32,000 nt of DNA from contig NC_008578.1 of NCBI RefSeq assembly GCF_000015025.1, positions 1,230,001-1,262,000 on the forward strand. Direction: 5' to 3'. Each line of letters opens with the position of its first letter. Position 1 is the first letter of the stretch. This document shows, one piece after another, positions 1-11,908 of the stretch. A model generated the notes under the pieces. The model did no database searches and was not told the DNA's origin. It worked only from the letters and a program-made list of their open reading frames with translations. The position numbers and the translations under genes were made by a program. This DNA is from Acidothermus cellulolyticus 11B. Its GTDB lineage: Bacteria; Actinomycetota; Actinomycetes; Acidothermales; Acidothermaceae.

Positions 1-1
1 C

Positions 2-1672
2 GAAGTCGACAGCGACTACAGCCGGGAGCGGTTCGAGAGCTACATGCGGGAAGTGCCGTGCCCGAAGTGCCAGGGCAAACGGCTCAAGCCGCTCGCGCTC
101 GCCGTGACGGTCGGCGGGAAGTCCATCGCCGACGTGTCCGCCATGCCCATCAGCGAATGTGCGCGATTCCTGCGCGCCCTTGACCTAACCGCACGGGAAC
201 GGCAGATCGCCGAGCGCGTGCTCAAAGAAGTGAACACCCGCCTGGGTTTCCTGCTGGACGTCGGTCTCGACTACCTCACGCTTGACCGTCCCGCCGCTAC
301 GTTGGCGGGTGGCGAGGCGCAACGCATTCGGCTGGCCACCCAGATCGGCTCCGGTCTTGTCGGCGTTCTCTATGTGCTGGACGAGCCGAGTATCGGCCTG
401 CACCAGCGCGACAACCACCGTCTCATCGAGACCCTGCTCCGCCTCCGCGATCTCGGCAATACGCTGATCGTGGTCGAGCACGATGAGGACACCATCCGCG
501 CGGCGGATTGGGTGGTCGACATCGGTCCCGGCGCCGGTGAGCACGGTGGACAGATCGTCGTCTCCGGGCCGGTGCCTGAACTGCTGGCGTGCAAAGAGTC
601 GCTCACCGGCGCGTACCTTTCCGGACGGCGAACCATCGAGGTACCGGCGATCCGGCGGCCCGCCGATCCCAAGCGCCGGCTGATCGTCAAGGGTGCCCGA
701 GAGCACAACCTCCGCAACATCGACGTCGCGTTTCCGCTGGGCTGCTTCGTCGTCGTGACCGGCGTCTCGGGCTCGGGAAAATCAACGCTGGTCAACGACA
801 TTCTCTATGCCGCGTTGGCCAAGGAACTGAACGGGGCGAAAACCGTGCCCGGCCGGCACGACCGCATCCTCGGTCTCGACCTCGTCGACAAGGCGATTCA
901 CGTCGACCAGAGCCCGATCGGCCGGACGCCGCGGTCGAACCCCGCGACCTACACCGGTGTGTTTGATGACATCCGCCGGCTCTTCGCGGAGACCACGGAA
1001 GCCAAGGTGCGCGGATACACTCCCGGGCGTTTCTCCTTCAACGTGAAGGGCGGCCGCTGCGAAGCGTGCGCCGGCGACGGCACCATCAAAATCGAAATGA
1101 ATTTCCTGCCCGACGTTTACGTGCCGTGCGAAGTGTGCCATGGCGCGCGGTACAACCGGGAGACCCTCGAGGTGCATTACAAGGGCAAGACAATTGCCGA
1201 CGTCCTGGACATGCCGATCGAAGAAGCAGCCGACTTCTTCGGCCCGCTGCCGGGCATCGCCCGCCGGCTCACCACTCTCGTCGAGGTCGGTCTGGGTTAT
1301 GTCCGACTCGGCCAACCGGCCCCGACCCTCTCCGGCGGGGAAGCGCAGCGGGTGAAACTCGCGTCCGAGCTGCAGAAGCGGGCGACCGGTCGCACCGTGT
1401 ACATCCTCGACGAGCCGACGACCGGCCTGCATTTCGAAGACGTCCGCAAGCTGCTTGCCGTTCTGCAATCCCTTGTCGAGCGCGGCAATACCGTGATCGT
1501 CATTGAGCATAATCTTGACGTCATCAAGACGGCCGACTGGGTGATCGACCTCGGTCCCGAGGGCGGCGCCGCCGGCGGACAGGTGGTCGCCGAGGGTCCA
1601 CCCGAACAGGTGGCGGCGACGGAAGGCAGCTACACCGGCGCCTTTCTGCGCAAGGTGCTCCGCCTCTCCTAA
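2..1672 (+). CDS. uvrA: Excinuclease ABC subunit A, C-terminal ~556 codons (5' end lies upstream of the window)
   Basis: The frame is open from the window edge to TAA at 1670-1672. It has two ABC signature motifs ([24 protein letters not shown]), Walker [10 protein letters not shown], Walker B YVLDEPS / [11 protein letters not shown], and the UvrA zinc finger CEACAGDG...CEVCHG. It lies directly upstream of uvrC. Confidence 0.9.
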   Translation, partial: EVDSDYSRERFESYMREVPCPKCQGKRLKPLALAVTVGGKSIADVSAMPISECARFLRALDLTARERQIAERVLKEVNTRLGFLLDVGLDYLTLDRPAATLAGGEAQRIRLATQIGSGLVGVLYVLDEPSIGLHQRDNHRLIETLLRLRDLGNTLIVVEHDEDTIRAADWVVDIGPGAGEHGGQIVVSGPVPELLACKESLTGAYLSGRRTIEVPAIRRPADPKRRLIVKGAREHNLRNIDVAFPLGCFVVVTGVSGSGKSTLVNDILYAALAKELNGAKTVPGRHDRILGLDLVDKAIHVDQSPIGRTPRSNPATYTGVFDDIRRLFAETTEAKVRGYTPGRFSFNVKGGRCEACAGDGTIKIEMNFLPDVYVPCEVCHGARYNRETLEVHYKGKTIADVLDMPIEEAADFFGPLPGIARRLTTLVEVGLGYVRLGQPAPTLSGGEAQRVKLASELQKRATGRTVYILDEPTTGLHFEDVRKLLAVLQSLVERGNTVIVIEHNLDVIKTADWVIDLGPEGGAAGGQVVAEGPPEQVAATEGSYTGAFLRKVLRLS

Positions 1673-1703
1673 CGGCGTTCCGCGGTACCGACGGCGGGGC
1701 GGC

Positions 1704-1709
1704 TACGCT
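1704..1709 (+). promoter_or_regulatory. Candidate -10 hexamer TACGCT (TANNNT class) 7 nt upstream of the uvrC GTG, which suggests a possible leaderless transcript
   Basis: TACGCT at 1704-1709 is followed by a 7-nt spacer (gacaggc) and then GTG at 1717. No Shine-Dalgarno sequence lies in the 44-nt uvrA-uvrC gap. The call rests on motif and geometry only. Confidence 0.25.
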
Positions 1710-1716
1710 GACAGGC

Positions 1717-3642
1717 GTGCACGCACCGCAGCTGCGCAAGCCGGCTGCCGGGGAGATTCCGGAGTCACCCGGCGTCTACCGGTTCTGGGACGCGCATGAT
1801 CGGGTCATCTACGTCGGAAAGGCGAAGAACCTGCGCGCCCGACTGACCAGTTACTTCGCGGATCCGGCGCTCCTTCATCCGCGGACCCGGGCCATGGTGA
1901 CAGCGGCCGCCCGCCTCGACTGGGTCATCGTCCGCACCGAGGTTGAGGCGCTGCAACTGGAATACAACTGGATCAAGCAGTACGAGCCTCGCTTCAACAT
2001 CAAGTATCGGGACGACAAGAGTTACCCTTACCTCGCCGTCACGCTCGCCGAACCCGTGCCGCGCCTCATGGTTTATCGCGGCAAGCGAAAGAAAGGCAAC
2101 CGGTATTTCGGGCCCTTTGCGCACGCCTGGGCCATTCGTGACACTCTGGATTTGCTGCTCCGGGTGTTTCCCGCCCGCACCTGCTCCGCCGGCGTCTACC
2201 GCCGAGCTCAGCGCATTGGACGGCCGTGCCTGCTGGGATACATCGGAAAATGCAGCGCACCGTGTGTCGGCTGGGTGTCGGAGGAGCAGCACCGGCAAAT
2301 CGTCCTCGACTTCTGTGACGTGATGGGCGGAAGAGCCACGGAGTACCTCCGCCGGCTGGAAAAGGACATGCGCGCCGCAGCCGCCGCGGAGGACTTCGAA
2401 CGGGCGGCGCGGCTGCGCGACGATGCCGCCGCGCTGCGGCTGGCCATCGAAAAACAGACGGTGGTCCTCCCCGAGAATACCGATGCAGACGTTATCGCCT
2501 TGGCCGACGACGACTTGGAGGCGGCGGTCCATGTGTTCTTCGTCCGCGATGGACGGGTCCGCGGTCAGCGCGGCTGGGTGGTGGAGAAGGTCGAAGCGCT
2601 GGACACCGCCGACCTCGTTCAGCATTTTCTCGCCCAACTGTACGGCGAAACGGGTGCGGAATCCGCCGACGTGCCGCGGGAAATCTTGGTGCCCGTCGCA
2701 CCAAGCGACACCGAGACGCTCGAACGCTGGCTCAGCTCACGCCGCGGCGGACGCGTCACCATCCGCGTTCCCCAGCGCGGCGACAAGAAGGCCCTGCTGG
2801 AGACGGTTGCCCAGAATGCGGCCCAGGCGCTCCACCTGCACAAGGTCCGCCGGGCCGGCGACCTCACCGCCCGCGGCCGGGCGCTGCGGGAAATCCAGGA
2901 AGCCCTCAATCTTCCCGACGCACCGCTGCGCATTGAGTGCTACGACGTGTCCACATTGCAGGGCACCGACGTCGTCGCGTCGATGGTCGTGTTTGAAGAC
3001 GGCCTGCCGCGGAAGAGCGAATATCGTCGCTTTGCCCTGCGCGGCGTCGGTGGGGGGGACGTCGGGGCAATTCACGAGGTGATCAGTCGCCGTTTCCGCC
3101 GGTATCTGGACGAGCGGATGCAAACGGACTCGCCCATCGACGACGGAACCGGGCCGGACCAGCCGCGGGTCGACGCGGCCGCGCATCACCGAAAGTTCAG
3201 CTACCCGCCGAGCCTGGTCATTGTTGACGGCGGTGCGCCGCAGGTGGCGGCGGCAAAGAAGGCCCTCGACGAACTGGGCATCGATGACGTTGCCCTGGCG
3301 GGACTCGCGAAACGCCTGGAAGAAATCTGGCTCCCCGATCGCGAGGAACCCGTCATCCTGCCGCGGGCCAGCGAAGGACTCTACCTCTTGCAGCGGTTGC
3401 GCGACGAGGCGCACCGTTTCGCCATCTCCTACCACCGTGCGAAACGGTCCACGTCGATGACCCGCAGTGTGCTGGAGGGAATCCCGGGAATCGGGGAGAC
3501 CCGCCGCAAGGCCTTCCTGCGGCATTTCGGATCGGTTCAGCGAATGCGGCAAGCAACCGTAGCGGAATTGGCCGCCGTGCCGGGCGTGGGACGGCGTACC
3601 GCTGAGGTTGTTTTCGCGGCCCTGCATGGAGCGGACCAATGA
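1717..3642 (+). CDS. uvrC: Excinuclease ABC subunit C
   Basis: The ORF is 641 aa. The N-terminus is GIY-YIG ([37 protein letters not shown]). There is a UVR-type helix ([18 protein letters not shown]) and a C-terminal double helix-hairpin-helix ([29 protein letters not shown]). The GTG start is inferred. Confidence 0.93.
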   Translation: MHAPQLRKPAAGEIPESPGVYRFWDAHDRVIYVGKAKNLRARLTSYFADPALLHPRTRAMVTAAARLDWVIVRTEVEALQLEYNWIKQYEPRFNIKYRDDKSYPYLAVTLAEPVPRLMVYRGKRKKGNRYFGPFAHAWAIRDTLDLLLRVFPARTCSAGVYRRAQRIGRPCLLGYIGKCSAPCVGWVSEEQHRQIVLDFCDVMGGRATEYLRRLEKDMRAAAAAEDFERAARLRDDAAALRLAIEKQTVVLPENTDADVIALADDDLEAAVHVFFVRDGRVRGQRGWVVEKVEALDTADLVQHFLAQLYGETGAESADVPREILVPVAPSDTETLERWLSSRRGGRVTIRVPQRGDKKALLETVAQNAAQALHLHKVRRAGDLTARGRALREIQEALNLPDAPLRIECYDVSTLQGTDVVASMVVFEDGLPRKSEYRRFALRGVGGGDVGAIHEVISRRFRRYLDERMQTDSPIDDGTGPDQPRVDAAAHHRKFSYPPSLVIVDGGAPQVAAAKKALDELGIDDVALAGLAKRLEEIWLPDREEPVILPRASEGLYLLQRLRDEAHRFAISYHRAKRSTSMTRSVLEGIPGIGETRRKAFLRHFGSVQRMRQATVAELAAVPGVGRRTAEVVFAALHGADQ

Positions 3643-4574
3643 CCGGCGACGTCCGGCGGCTGCCGGACGGCCACGCCGCTCCTGCCCTCAACCCGCTGAC
3701 TGGAATCAAACTTGTCGTCCTCACCGGCCTCTCCGGTGCCGGCCGGAGCACAGCCGCCAAGTGCCTGGAGGACCTCGGCTGGTTCGTCGTCGACAACCTT
3801 CCGCCGGGACTCCTGGACACCATGGTGGATCTCGGCGTCCGCAGCGGCGGTGCGATCAACAAAATCGCCGCGGTCGTGGACGTGCGCAGCCGCGCGTTCA
3901 CCTCCGACCTCTACGGCGCCTTGGGCGTGCTGCGTAACCGGGGCACCGCCTTGCGGATTGTCTTTCTCGAAGCAAGCGACGATGAGCTCATCCGCCGTTT
4001 TGAGAATGTCCGCCGCCCGCACCCGCTGCAAGGCGACGGACGGCTGGCTGACGGCATCGCCCGCGAGCGGGAATTGCTCCGTGACGTCCGCGGCGTCGCG
4101 GACCTTGTCATCGATACGACGAATCTCAACGTCCACGAATTGCGCGGCAAGATTATCGCGGCATTTAGCGACGACAACCAACCCGCGCTCCGTGCGACCG
4201 TTGTGTCGTTTGGATACAAGTACGGCCTGCCGGCGGACGCCGACCTCGTCGTCGATTGCCGATTCCTGCCCAATCCGCACTGGGTGGACGAACTCCGGCC
4301 GCTCACTGGACGCGACGACGCCGTCCGGGAGTACGTGCTCGCTCAACCGGGGGCGCAGGATTTTCTCGACACCTATAGCAAGGTGCTCGGCACCGTGGTG
4401 GACGGTTATCTGCGGGAAGGCAAACGCTACCTCACCCTCGCGGTGGGCTGCACCGGAGGCAAGCACCGCAGCGTCGTCATAGCAGAGGAACTCGCGGAAC
4501 GACTCCGGCGGCTCGCGACCGCTGAGTCGAGAATTGACGTCCAGGTCGCCCACCGCGACCTCGGCCGGGAGTGA
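3639..4574 (+). CDS. rapZ: RapZ/YvcJ-family P-loop nucleotide-binding protein (RNase adapter)
   Basis: The ORF is 311 aa. Its ATG overlaps the uvrC stop (ATGA). It has the P-loop [12 protein letters not shown] and the C-terminal [10 protein letters not shown] motif. It sits in the conserved uvrC-rapZ-yvcK-whiA order. Confidence 0.88.
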   Translation: MTGDVRRLPDGHAAPALNPLTGIKLVVLTGLSGAGRSTAAKCLEDLGWFVVDNLPPGLLDTMVDLGVRSGGAINKIAAVVDVRSRAFTSDLYGALGVLRNRGTALRIVFLEASDDELIRRFENVRRPHPLQGDGRLADGIARERELLRDVRGVADLVIDTTNLNVHELRGKIIAAFSDDNQPALRATVVSFGYKYGLPADADLVVDCRFLPNPHWVDELRPLTGRDDAVREYVLAQPGAQDFLDTYSKVLGTVVDGYLREGKRYLTLAVGCTGGKHRSVVIAEELAERLRRLATAESRIDVQVAHRDLGRE

Positions 4575-4583
4575 GGGAGGACC

Positions 4584-5587
4584 ATGCCACCGAGGGTCGT
4601 TGCGTTGGGCGGCGGTCACGGCCTGGCCGCTTCCCTCTCCGCGCTGCGGCGGGTCACGGATCGGCTGACCGCGGTCGTTACCGTCGCAGATGACGGCGGA
4701 TCGAGCGGCCGGCTGCGCCAGGAATTCGGCGTCCTGCCCCCCGGCGACCTTCGCAAAGCTCTCGCCGCGCTCTGCGCCGACGACGAGTGGGGCCGAACCT
4801 GGGCCGATGTCATTCAGCATCGGTTCCGCGGTGACGGGCCGCTCCGCGACCATGCCTTGGGGAACCTGCTGATCGTCGGCATCACCGAACTGCTGGGCGA
4901 CCAGATTGCCGCTCTTGACCTCATGGGCCGGCTGCTGCAGGCCCGCGGCAGGGTGTTGCCGATGTCCACGATCCCGTTGGACATCCAGGCCGAAGTCGCC
5001 GGACTGGATCCGGCCGATCCGACGGCGCTGCGTACGGTCCGCGGCCAGGTCGCCGTCGCCACCGCACGGGGCCGGGTCGTCAGCGTGTCGCTGGTGCCGG
5101 AGGACCCGCCAGCCTGCCCGGAAGCCGTGGCGGCGATTCGTGACGCCGACTGGGTGGTGCTTGGGCCGGGCTCGTGGTTCTCCAGTGTCCTGCCGCACCT
5201 CCTCGTTCCCGACCTGGCCGACGCCATCAATACGACGCGGGCCCGGCGGCTCGTCGCCCTCAATCTGGCCCCCCAGCCCGGCGAGACGGCGGACTTCTCT
5301 CCGGAGAATCATCTGGAAGCGTTGATCGCGCACGCACCTCAGTTCCACGCCGACGTCGTACTCGCGGATCCGAGCACGGTGGGGGATGCCGAAGCGCTCC
5401 AGAGCGTGGTCGGCGCCCTGGGTGCCCGGTTGGTGGTGGCGCCGGTCGCCAGGGACGACGGCACGCCTCGGCACGATCCGGGCCGGCTCGCCACCGCGTA
5501 TTGGCGGATATTCGCCGATCTCACCGAAGAGCCCGACACGGCGCGGCGCGGCGGCGAACAGTCGATCGGTGGAAGGACAGGTTCGCG

Positions 5588-5597
<10 letters not shown>
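4584..5597 (+). CDS. yvcK: YvcK/CofD-like (UPF0052) gluconeogenesis or cell-shape factor
   Basis: The ORF is 337 aa. A GGGAGG RBS at 4575-4580 precedes the ATG at 4584. Motifs are [22 protein letters not shown] and [16 protein letters not shown]. It occupies the conserved position between rapZ and whiA. Confidence 0.85.
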
Positions 5598-7793
<2,196 letters not shown>

Positions 7794-7803
7794 GACGGCC
7801 ATC

Positions 7804-9867
7804 ATGCGCAGTGTCGACGACCTGGAGGTCGCCGGCAGGACGGTCTTCGTCCGGGTCGACCTCAACGTGCCGCTGGAAGCAACCGATCAGGGCCCACGGA
7901 TCACCGACGACAAGCGCATTCAAGCGAGCCTGCCCACGATCCGTGACCTGCTCGGCCGTGGTGCACGGGTTGTGCTGCTGGCCCACCTCGGCCGGCCCAA
8001 GGGTGAGGTCCGCCCGGAGCTCTCCCTCCGGCCGGTTGCGGCACGGCTCGCGGAGCTGCTTGGCGAACCGGTCGCTTTCCCTGATACCACCGACGGCGGG
8101 GTTGCCGGCGAAGCGGCGCGCGCGCTCGTCGCGCAGTTACGCCCCGGGCAGGCCGCCCTGCTGGAGAACCTCCGCTTCGAGGCGGCGGAGACCAGCAAGG
8201 ACGACGCCGAGCGCGCGGCGTTTGCCGAGCGGCTCATCGCCCTCGCCGGCGAGGAGGGGGCGCTGTACGTCGGCGACGGCTTCGGCGCCGTGCACCGCAA
8301 GCACGCCAGCGTGTATGACCTGCCGCTCCGCCTGCCGCATGCCGCTGGACGCCTCGTTCTCGCCGAGGTGAGCGTGCTGCGCCGCCTCACCGAGAACCCC
8401 GACCGTCCGTACGTCGTCGTCCTCGGCGGGGCGAAGGTCTCCGACAAGCTCGGTGTCATTGCCAACCTGCTGGAGAAGGTCGACCGGCTTCTCATCGGCG
8501 GCGGAATGGCGTACACCTTCCTCGCCGCGCAAGGGCATGAAGTCGGCCGTTCGATCCTCGAGGCGGATCAGGTGGACGCCGTCCGCGGCTTCCTTGCCGA
8601 GGCGGAGAAGCGCGGCGTGGACCTCGTCCTTCCGGTCGACATCGTCGCGGCGTCCCATTACGCGCCGGACGCCGACCACGTCGTCGTGCCCGCGACCGCG
8701 ATCCCGGCCGACCGCGAGGGGCTGGACATCGGACCGCAAACCCGCGAGCTCTTCGCCGCCAAGCTGGCCGACGCCCGGACCGTGTTCTGGAACGGTCCGA
8801 TGGGCGTCTTCGAATTCGACGCCTTCGCGGCCGGCACCCGGGCGGTGGCCGAGGCGATCGCCCGTCTCGACGGTCTCACCGTCATTGGCGGAGGGGACTC
8901 GGCAGCGGCGGTACGCAAACTCGGATTCCCTGAGTCCGCATTCCGTCACGTCTCGACCGGGGGCGGCGCAAGCCTGGAGTACCTGGAAGGCAAGGAACTG
9001 CCGGGCCTTCAGGCGTTGGAGGCCGACACAAGGCAAGGAACTGCCGGGCCTTCAGGCGTTGGAGGCCGACACGCCGTGAGCCGGTCGGGATCGCCGGCCC
9101 GCAAACCGCTGATGGCCGGCAACTGGAAAATGCACTACACCCATTTGGAAGCGATCGCGCACGTCCAGAAGTTGGCCTTCATCCTCTCCGAGGCCGACTA
9201 CGAGCGGGTCGAGGTCGCCGTCCTCCCGCCGTTCACGGCGATCCGCAGCGTCCAGACATTGGTGGACGGCGACAAGCTCCCGATCCGTTACGGCGCTCAG
9301 GACGTCTCGCCGTATCCCTCCGGGGCGTACACCGGGGACATCTCAGCCGGAATGCTGGCCAAGCTCGGCTGCAGCTACGTGATCGTCGGACATTCCGAGC
9401 GGCGTCACTATCACCACGAGAACGACGAGCTGATCAACGCGAAGGTGCGGGCGGTGATCGGGGCTGAGATGACCCCGATCCTCTGCGTTGGTGAACCGCT
9501 TGACGTGCGCCGGAGCGGCAGGCACGTCGAGTTCACCCTCGGTCAGCTGGACGCCGATCTCGCCGGACTCTCCGCTGAGCAGGTCGCCTCGCTCGTCATC
9601 GCCTACGAACCGGTCTGGGCCATCGGCACCGGTGAGGTCGCCACGCCGAAGGACGCCCAGGAGGTGTGCGCGGCGATCCGCGCCCGGCTGGCCGAGAGCT
9701 TCGGTGACGCCGCGGCGCGATCAGCCCGGATCTTGTACGGCGGGTCGGTCAAGAGTGATAATGCCGGCGGGATCATGGAGGAGCCGGATGTCGATGGCGC
9801 ACTCGTGGGCGGCGCAAGCCTGGACGCCGAGGAGTTCGCACGGATCGTGCGATACGACACGAAGTAG
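7804..9867 (+). CDS. pgk: Phosphoglycerate kinase fused in frame to triosephosphate isomerase (687-aa ORF as sequenced)
   Basis: A single open frame runs from 7804 to 9867. The N-terminal ~409 aa carry PGK motifs ([37 protein letters not shown]). A 15-aa linker [15 protein letters not shown] follows. A complete TIM comes next ([33 protein letters not shown]). The fusion is caused by the 43-bp duplication at 8987-9072. Confidence 0.85.
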   Translation: MRSVDDLEVAGRTVFVRVDLNVPLEATDQGPRITDDKRIQASLPTIRDLLGRGARVVLLAHLGRPKGEVRPELSLRPVAARLAELLGEPVAFPDTTDGGVAGEAARALVAQLRPGQAALLENLRFEAAETSKDDAERAAFAERLIALAGEEGALYVGDGFGAVHRKHASVYDLPLRLPHAAGRLVLAEVSVLRRLTENPDRPYVVVLGGAKVSDKLGVIANLLEKVDRLLIGGGMAYTFLAAQGHEVGRSILEADQVDAVRGFLAEAEKRGVDLVLPVDIVAASHYAPDADHVVVPATAIPADREGLDIGPQTRELFAAKLADARTVFWNGPMGVFEFDAFAAGTRAVAEAIARLDGLTVIGGGDSAAAVRKLGFPESAFRHVSTGGGASLEYLEGKELPGLQALEADTRQGTAGPSGVGGRHAVSRSGSPARKPLMAGNWKMHYTHLEAIAHVQKLAFILSEADYERVEVAVLPPFTAIRSVQTLVDGDKLPIRYGAQDVSPYPSGAYTGDISAGMLAKLGCSYVIVGHSERRHYHHENDELINAKVRAVIGAEMTPILCVGEPLDVRRSGRHVEFTLGQLDADLAGLSAEQVASLVIAYEPVWAIGTGEVATPKDAQEVCAAIRARLAESFGDAAARSARILYGGSVKSDNAGGIMEEPDVDGALVGGASLDAEEFARIVRYDTK
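8987..9072 (+). repeat. Perfect head-to-tail tandem duplication, 2 x 43 bp
   Basis: 8987-9029 and 9030-9072 are both aaggcaaggaactgccgggccttcaggcgttggaggccgacac with no mismatch and no spacer. The flanking bases differ, so the unit is exactly 43 bp. Confidence 0.97.
9076..9867 (+). CDS. tpiA: Triosephosphate isomerase module, with its native GTG start and RBS retained inside the fusion ORF, so it could still be initiated independently
   Basis: GTG at 9076 is preceded by GGAGG at 9061-9065 and opens [20 protein letters not shown]... (263 aa). ATG at 9112 is an alternative start. All TIM catalytic motifs are present. Confidence 0.7.
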   Translation: MSRSGSPARKPLMAGNWKMHYTHLEAIAHVQKLAFILSEADYERVEVAVLPPFTAIRSVQTLVDGDKLPIRYGAQDVSPYPSGAYTGDISAGMLAKLGCSYVIVGHSERRHYHHENDELINAKVRAVIGAEMTPILCVGEPLDVRRSGRHVEFTLGQLDADLAGLSAEQVASLVIAYEPVWAIGTGEVATPKDAQEVCAAIRARLAESFGDAAARSARILYGGSVKSDNAGGIMEEPDVDGALVGGASLDAEEFARIVRYDTK

Positions 9868-9903
9868 CGTCACTTCGGCGACATCTCGTACAACGAGGTC
9901 GCC
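9860..9903 (+). terminator. Two adjacent stem-loops at or after the tpiA stop, a candidate operon-end structure with no U-tract
   Basis: The first hairpin is cgaagt-agcgtc-acttcg (9860-9877) and spans the TAG stop. The second is ggcgac-at-ctcg-tacaa-cgag-gtcgcc (9877-9903), with 6+4 bp of stem. There is no T-run, so a terminator role is uncertain. Confidence 0.3.
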
Positions 9904-10079
9904 ATCCGTAACTATCGGGTCACGAAACGCGGTAGATTCGCCGAGAAACCCGAGCTCACCGGTCGCTGGAGCTACAGTCGCAGCGATCGGATGCACCACG
10001 CTGAGCCGCCAGGCGCGGCTTGGTGGACTGTCGGAACTACTGGCGGGCCGCTCACAAGGCGGCCGGAAGAAGGAGTGAG

Positions 10080-11825
10080 ATGCTCGGCACACGCAGTGGA
10101 TTCCGGGTGGCTGCCGGATTCGCCGTCCTGGCGTTGGCGGCGACAGCGTGCGGCAGCAAAGGGGGCGGCGGCAGCGCCTCTCAGGGCCGGATCAAAGGAG
10201 ATCCCAACACCATCAACTCGGTCGCCAATCCGAAGAAGGGCGGTACGTTCACATACGCCCTGGAGAAGACGATCGACAACTGGAACATCCTGACGTCGGC
10301 GGGGAACACCTTCGAGACGGCCGAGGTGATGGATGCCATCTACCCGTCGACTTTCATTGCGCAGCCTGACCTCTCCGTCAAAATGAATGACGACCTGCTG
10401 CTTAGCGCCGAGGTCACCAACCAGAACCCGGAAACGATCGTCTACAAGATCAACCCGAAGGCTGTCTGGTCCGACGGGGTGCCGATCAACGCCGATGACT
10501 TCAAGTACGTCTGGCAAGCCAGCGCCAACTGTAAGGACTGCGACGTCGCGTCGTCCGTCGGATACACCTCAATCCAGTCGATCGAGGGCTCCGGCCCGAA
10601 CAACCAGACGGTGACCGTGACGTTCAAGCAGCCGTTCTCTGACTGGAAGTCGCTGTTCGGCCCGCTGCTCCCGGCGCATGCGGCGACGCCGAAACCGACC
10701 GACGAGCAGACGCTCGCGGACAGCTGGAACCACGGCTTCGCCGACAATCCACCGAAGATTTCCGGTGGTCCGTATGTCATCAGCTCCTACCAGAAGGACC
10801 AGAGCGTCACGTTGGTGCCGAATCCGAAGTGGTACGGCAAGAAAGGCCCGTACCTGGACAAGCTCGTGTTCCGAATGATTACGGATGCGACCCAGGAACC
10901 GCCGGCGTTGCAGAACCACGAGATTGACGCGATGTATCCCCAGCCTGAGGTTGACCTCATCAAGACGCTGAACGGGATGAAGAACGTCGTCTACCAGGAG
11001 GATCTCGGCCTCATATTCGAACACTTCGACTTCAACCTGGAGAACAAGGCGCTCACCCTGCCGGTGCGTCAGGCGCTGTTCACGGCGGTGAACCGCCAGC
11101 AAATCCTGGACGCCACGGTGAAGCAGTTCGACCCTGACGTCACGGTGCTGAACAACCGGATGTTCGTGCCAGGCCAGAAGGGCTACCAGGACAACGTCAC
11201 CAAGTACGGTCTTGGCACTGGGGACATCGCCAAGGCGAAGGACATCCTGACCAAGGCCGGTTACAAGATTGAGAACGGTAAGCTCATCCAGCCGGACGGC
11301 ACGCCCTTCCCGGCTCTCACGATGCAATACACGGTCGGCAACCAGATCCGGCAGACGGAGTGCCAGCTCTTCGCCCAGGCGGCGAAGCAACTGGGTGTGA
11401 CCGTCAACGTCCAGAGCACCGACAGTCTGGGCAAGACACTCACCAACGCGGACGCGCAGCACCACTTCGACGTCGTCGTCTTCGCGTGGGTGGCGACACC
11501 GTTCCCGGCGTCAGGTAACGCCCCGTTGTATGAGAGCAACAAGGCGCGAGGCGGCGACTGGGGCGGCAACTACGGTCACTGGGTGAACTCGCAGGCCGAC
11601 CAACTGCTCCAAGATGCGACGTCCAACCTGAATCCGGACCAGGTCATCAAGGATCTCAACGAGGCCGACCAGCTCATCTCCCAGGACGCATACACGTTGC
11701 CGCTCTACCAGAAGCCGACGCTGCTGGCCTACTACAACACGTGGGGCAACATCCGAGACAACGCGACCAGCGTCGGACCGCCGTACAACGTGCAGGAATG
11801 GGGTTTGAAGCCCTCGGCGGCCTGA
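10080..11825 (+). CDS. ABC transporter substrate-binding lipoprotein, family 5 (Dpp/Opp peptide-type)
   Basis: The ORF is 581 aa from the ATG at 10080, with an AAGGAG RBS at 10069-10074. It has a signal peptide with lipobox LAATAC. Its size and its K/N/D/T/Y-rich composition are typical of family-5 SBPs. It is followed by two permease genes and two ATPase genes. The substrate cannot be told from the sequence. Confidence 0.85.
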   Translation: MLGTRSGFRVAAGFAVLALAATACGSKGGGGSASQGRIKGDPNTINSVANPKKGGTFTYALEKTIDNWNILTSAGNTFETAEVMDAIYPSTFIAQPDLSVKMNDDLLLSAEVTNQNPETIVYKINPKAVWSDGVPINADDFKYVWQASANCKDCDVASSVGYTSIQSIEGSGPNNQTVTVTFKQPFSDWKSLFGPLLPAHAATPKPTDEQTLADSWNHGFADNPPKISGGPYVISSYQKDQSVTLVPNPKWYGKKGPYLDKLVFRMITDATQEPPALQNHEIDAMYPQPEVDLIKTLNGMKNVVYQEDLGLIFEHFDFNLENKALTLPVRQALFTAVNRQQILDATVKQFDPDVTVLNNRMFVPGQKGYQDNVTKYGLGTGDIAKAKDILTKAGYKIENGKLIQPDGTPFPALTMQYTVGNQIRQTECQLFAQAAKQLGVTVNVQSTDSLGKTLTNADAQHHFDVVVFAWVATPFPASGNAPLYESNKARGGDWGGNYGHWVNSQADQLLQDATSNLNPDQVIKDLNEADQLISQDAYTLPLYQKPTLLAYYNTWGNIRDNATSVGPPYNVQEWGLKPSAA

Positions 11826-11845
11826 CGTCCTGACATGAGACGCTG

Positions 11846-11882
11846 CGAGTGGATGGCCGCCAACCGGGCGGCCATCCACTCG
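11846..11882 (+). promoter_or_regulatory. Intercistronic stem-loop after the SBP gene (16-bp perfect stem, 5-nt loop)
   Basis: The sequence is cgagtggatggccgcc-aaccg-ggcggccatccactcg. It starts 20 nt after the SBP stop and ends 26 nt before the permease ATG. No U-tract follows. Confidence 0.6.
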
Positions 11883-11908
11883 GTGTGGCGACGGTAGCGA
11901 GGCTCGTG

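Noticed and set aside
2396-2411. An actinobacterial SOS-box half-site TCGAAC. I looked for TCGAAC-N4-GTTCGA near uvrA/uvrC.
   Set aside because: Only isolated half-sites occur inside coding sequence (here and near 6128), with no matching second half. None lies in the uvrA-uvrC gap.
5174-5587. Upstream extensions of the whiA ORF (from 5174), the gap ORF (from 6588), the opcA ORF (to 18580), the SBP ORFs (from 10020 and to 30499) and the ctaB ORF (from 24538).
   Set aside because: The extensions overlap the preceding genes or intergenic DNA and are Arg/Pro-rich. Internal starts with an RBS or a stop-start overlap give proteins of canonical length and canonical N-termini.
9918-9966. A resemblance of ...cggtagattcgccgagaaacccgagctcaccggtcgc... 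to the 3' half of the ydaO-type (c-di-AMP) riboswitch (GGUAG ... ACCCGA ... GCUAACC-like).
   Set aside because: Only short fragments match. I cannot find the conserved 5'-half motifs (GGGGA/CCCA-type elements) or the pseudo-symmetric architecture. It should be settled with cmsearch (Rfam RF00379) rather than claimed.
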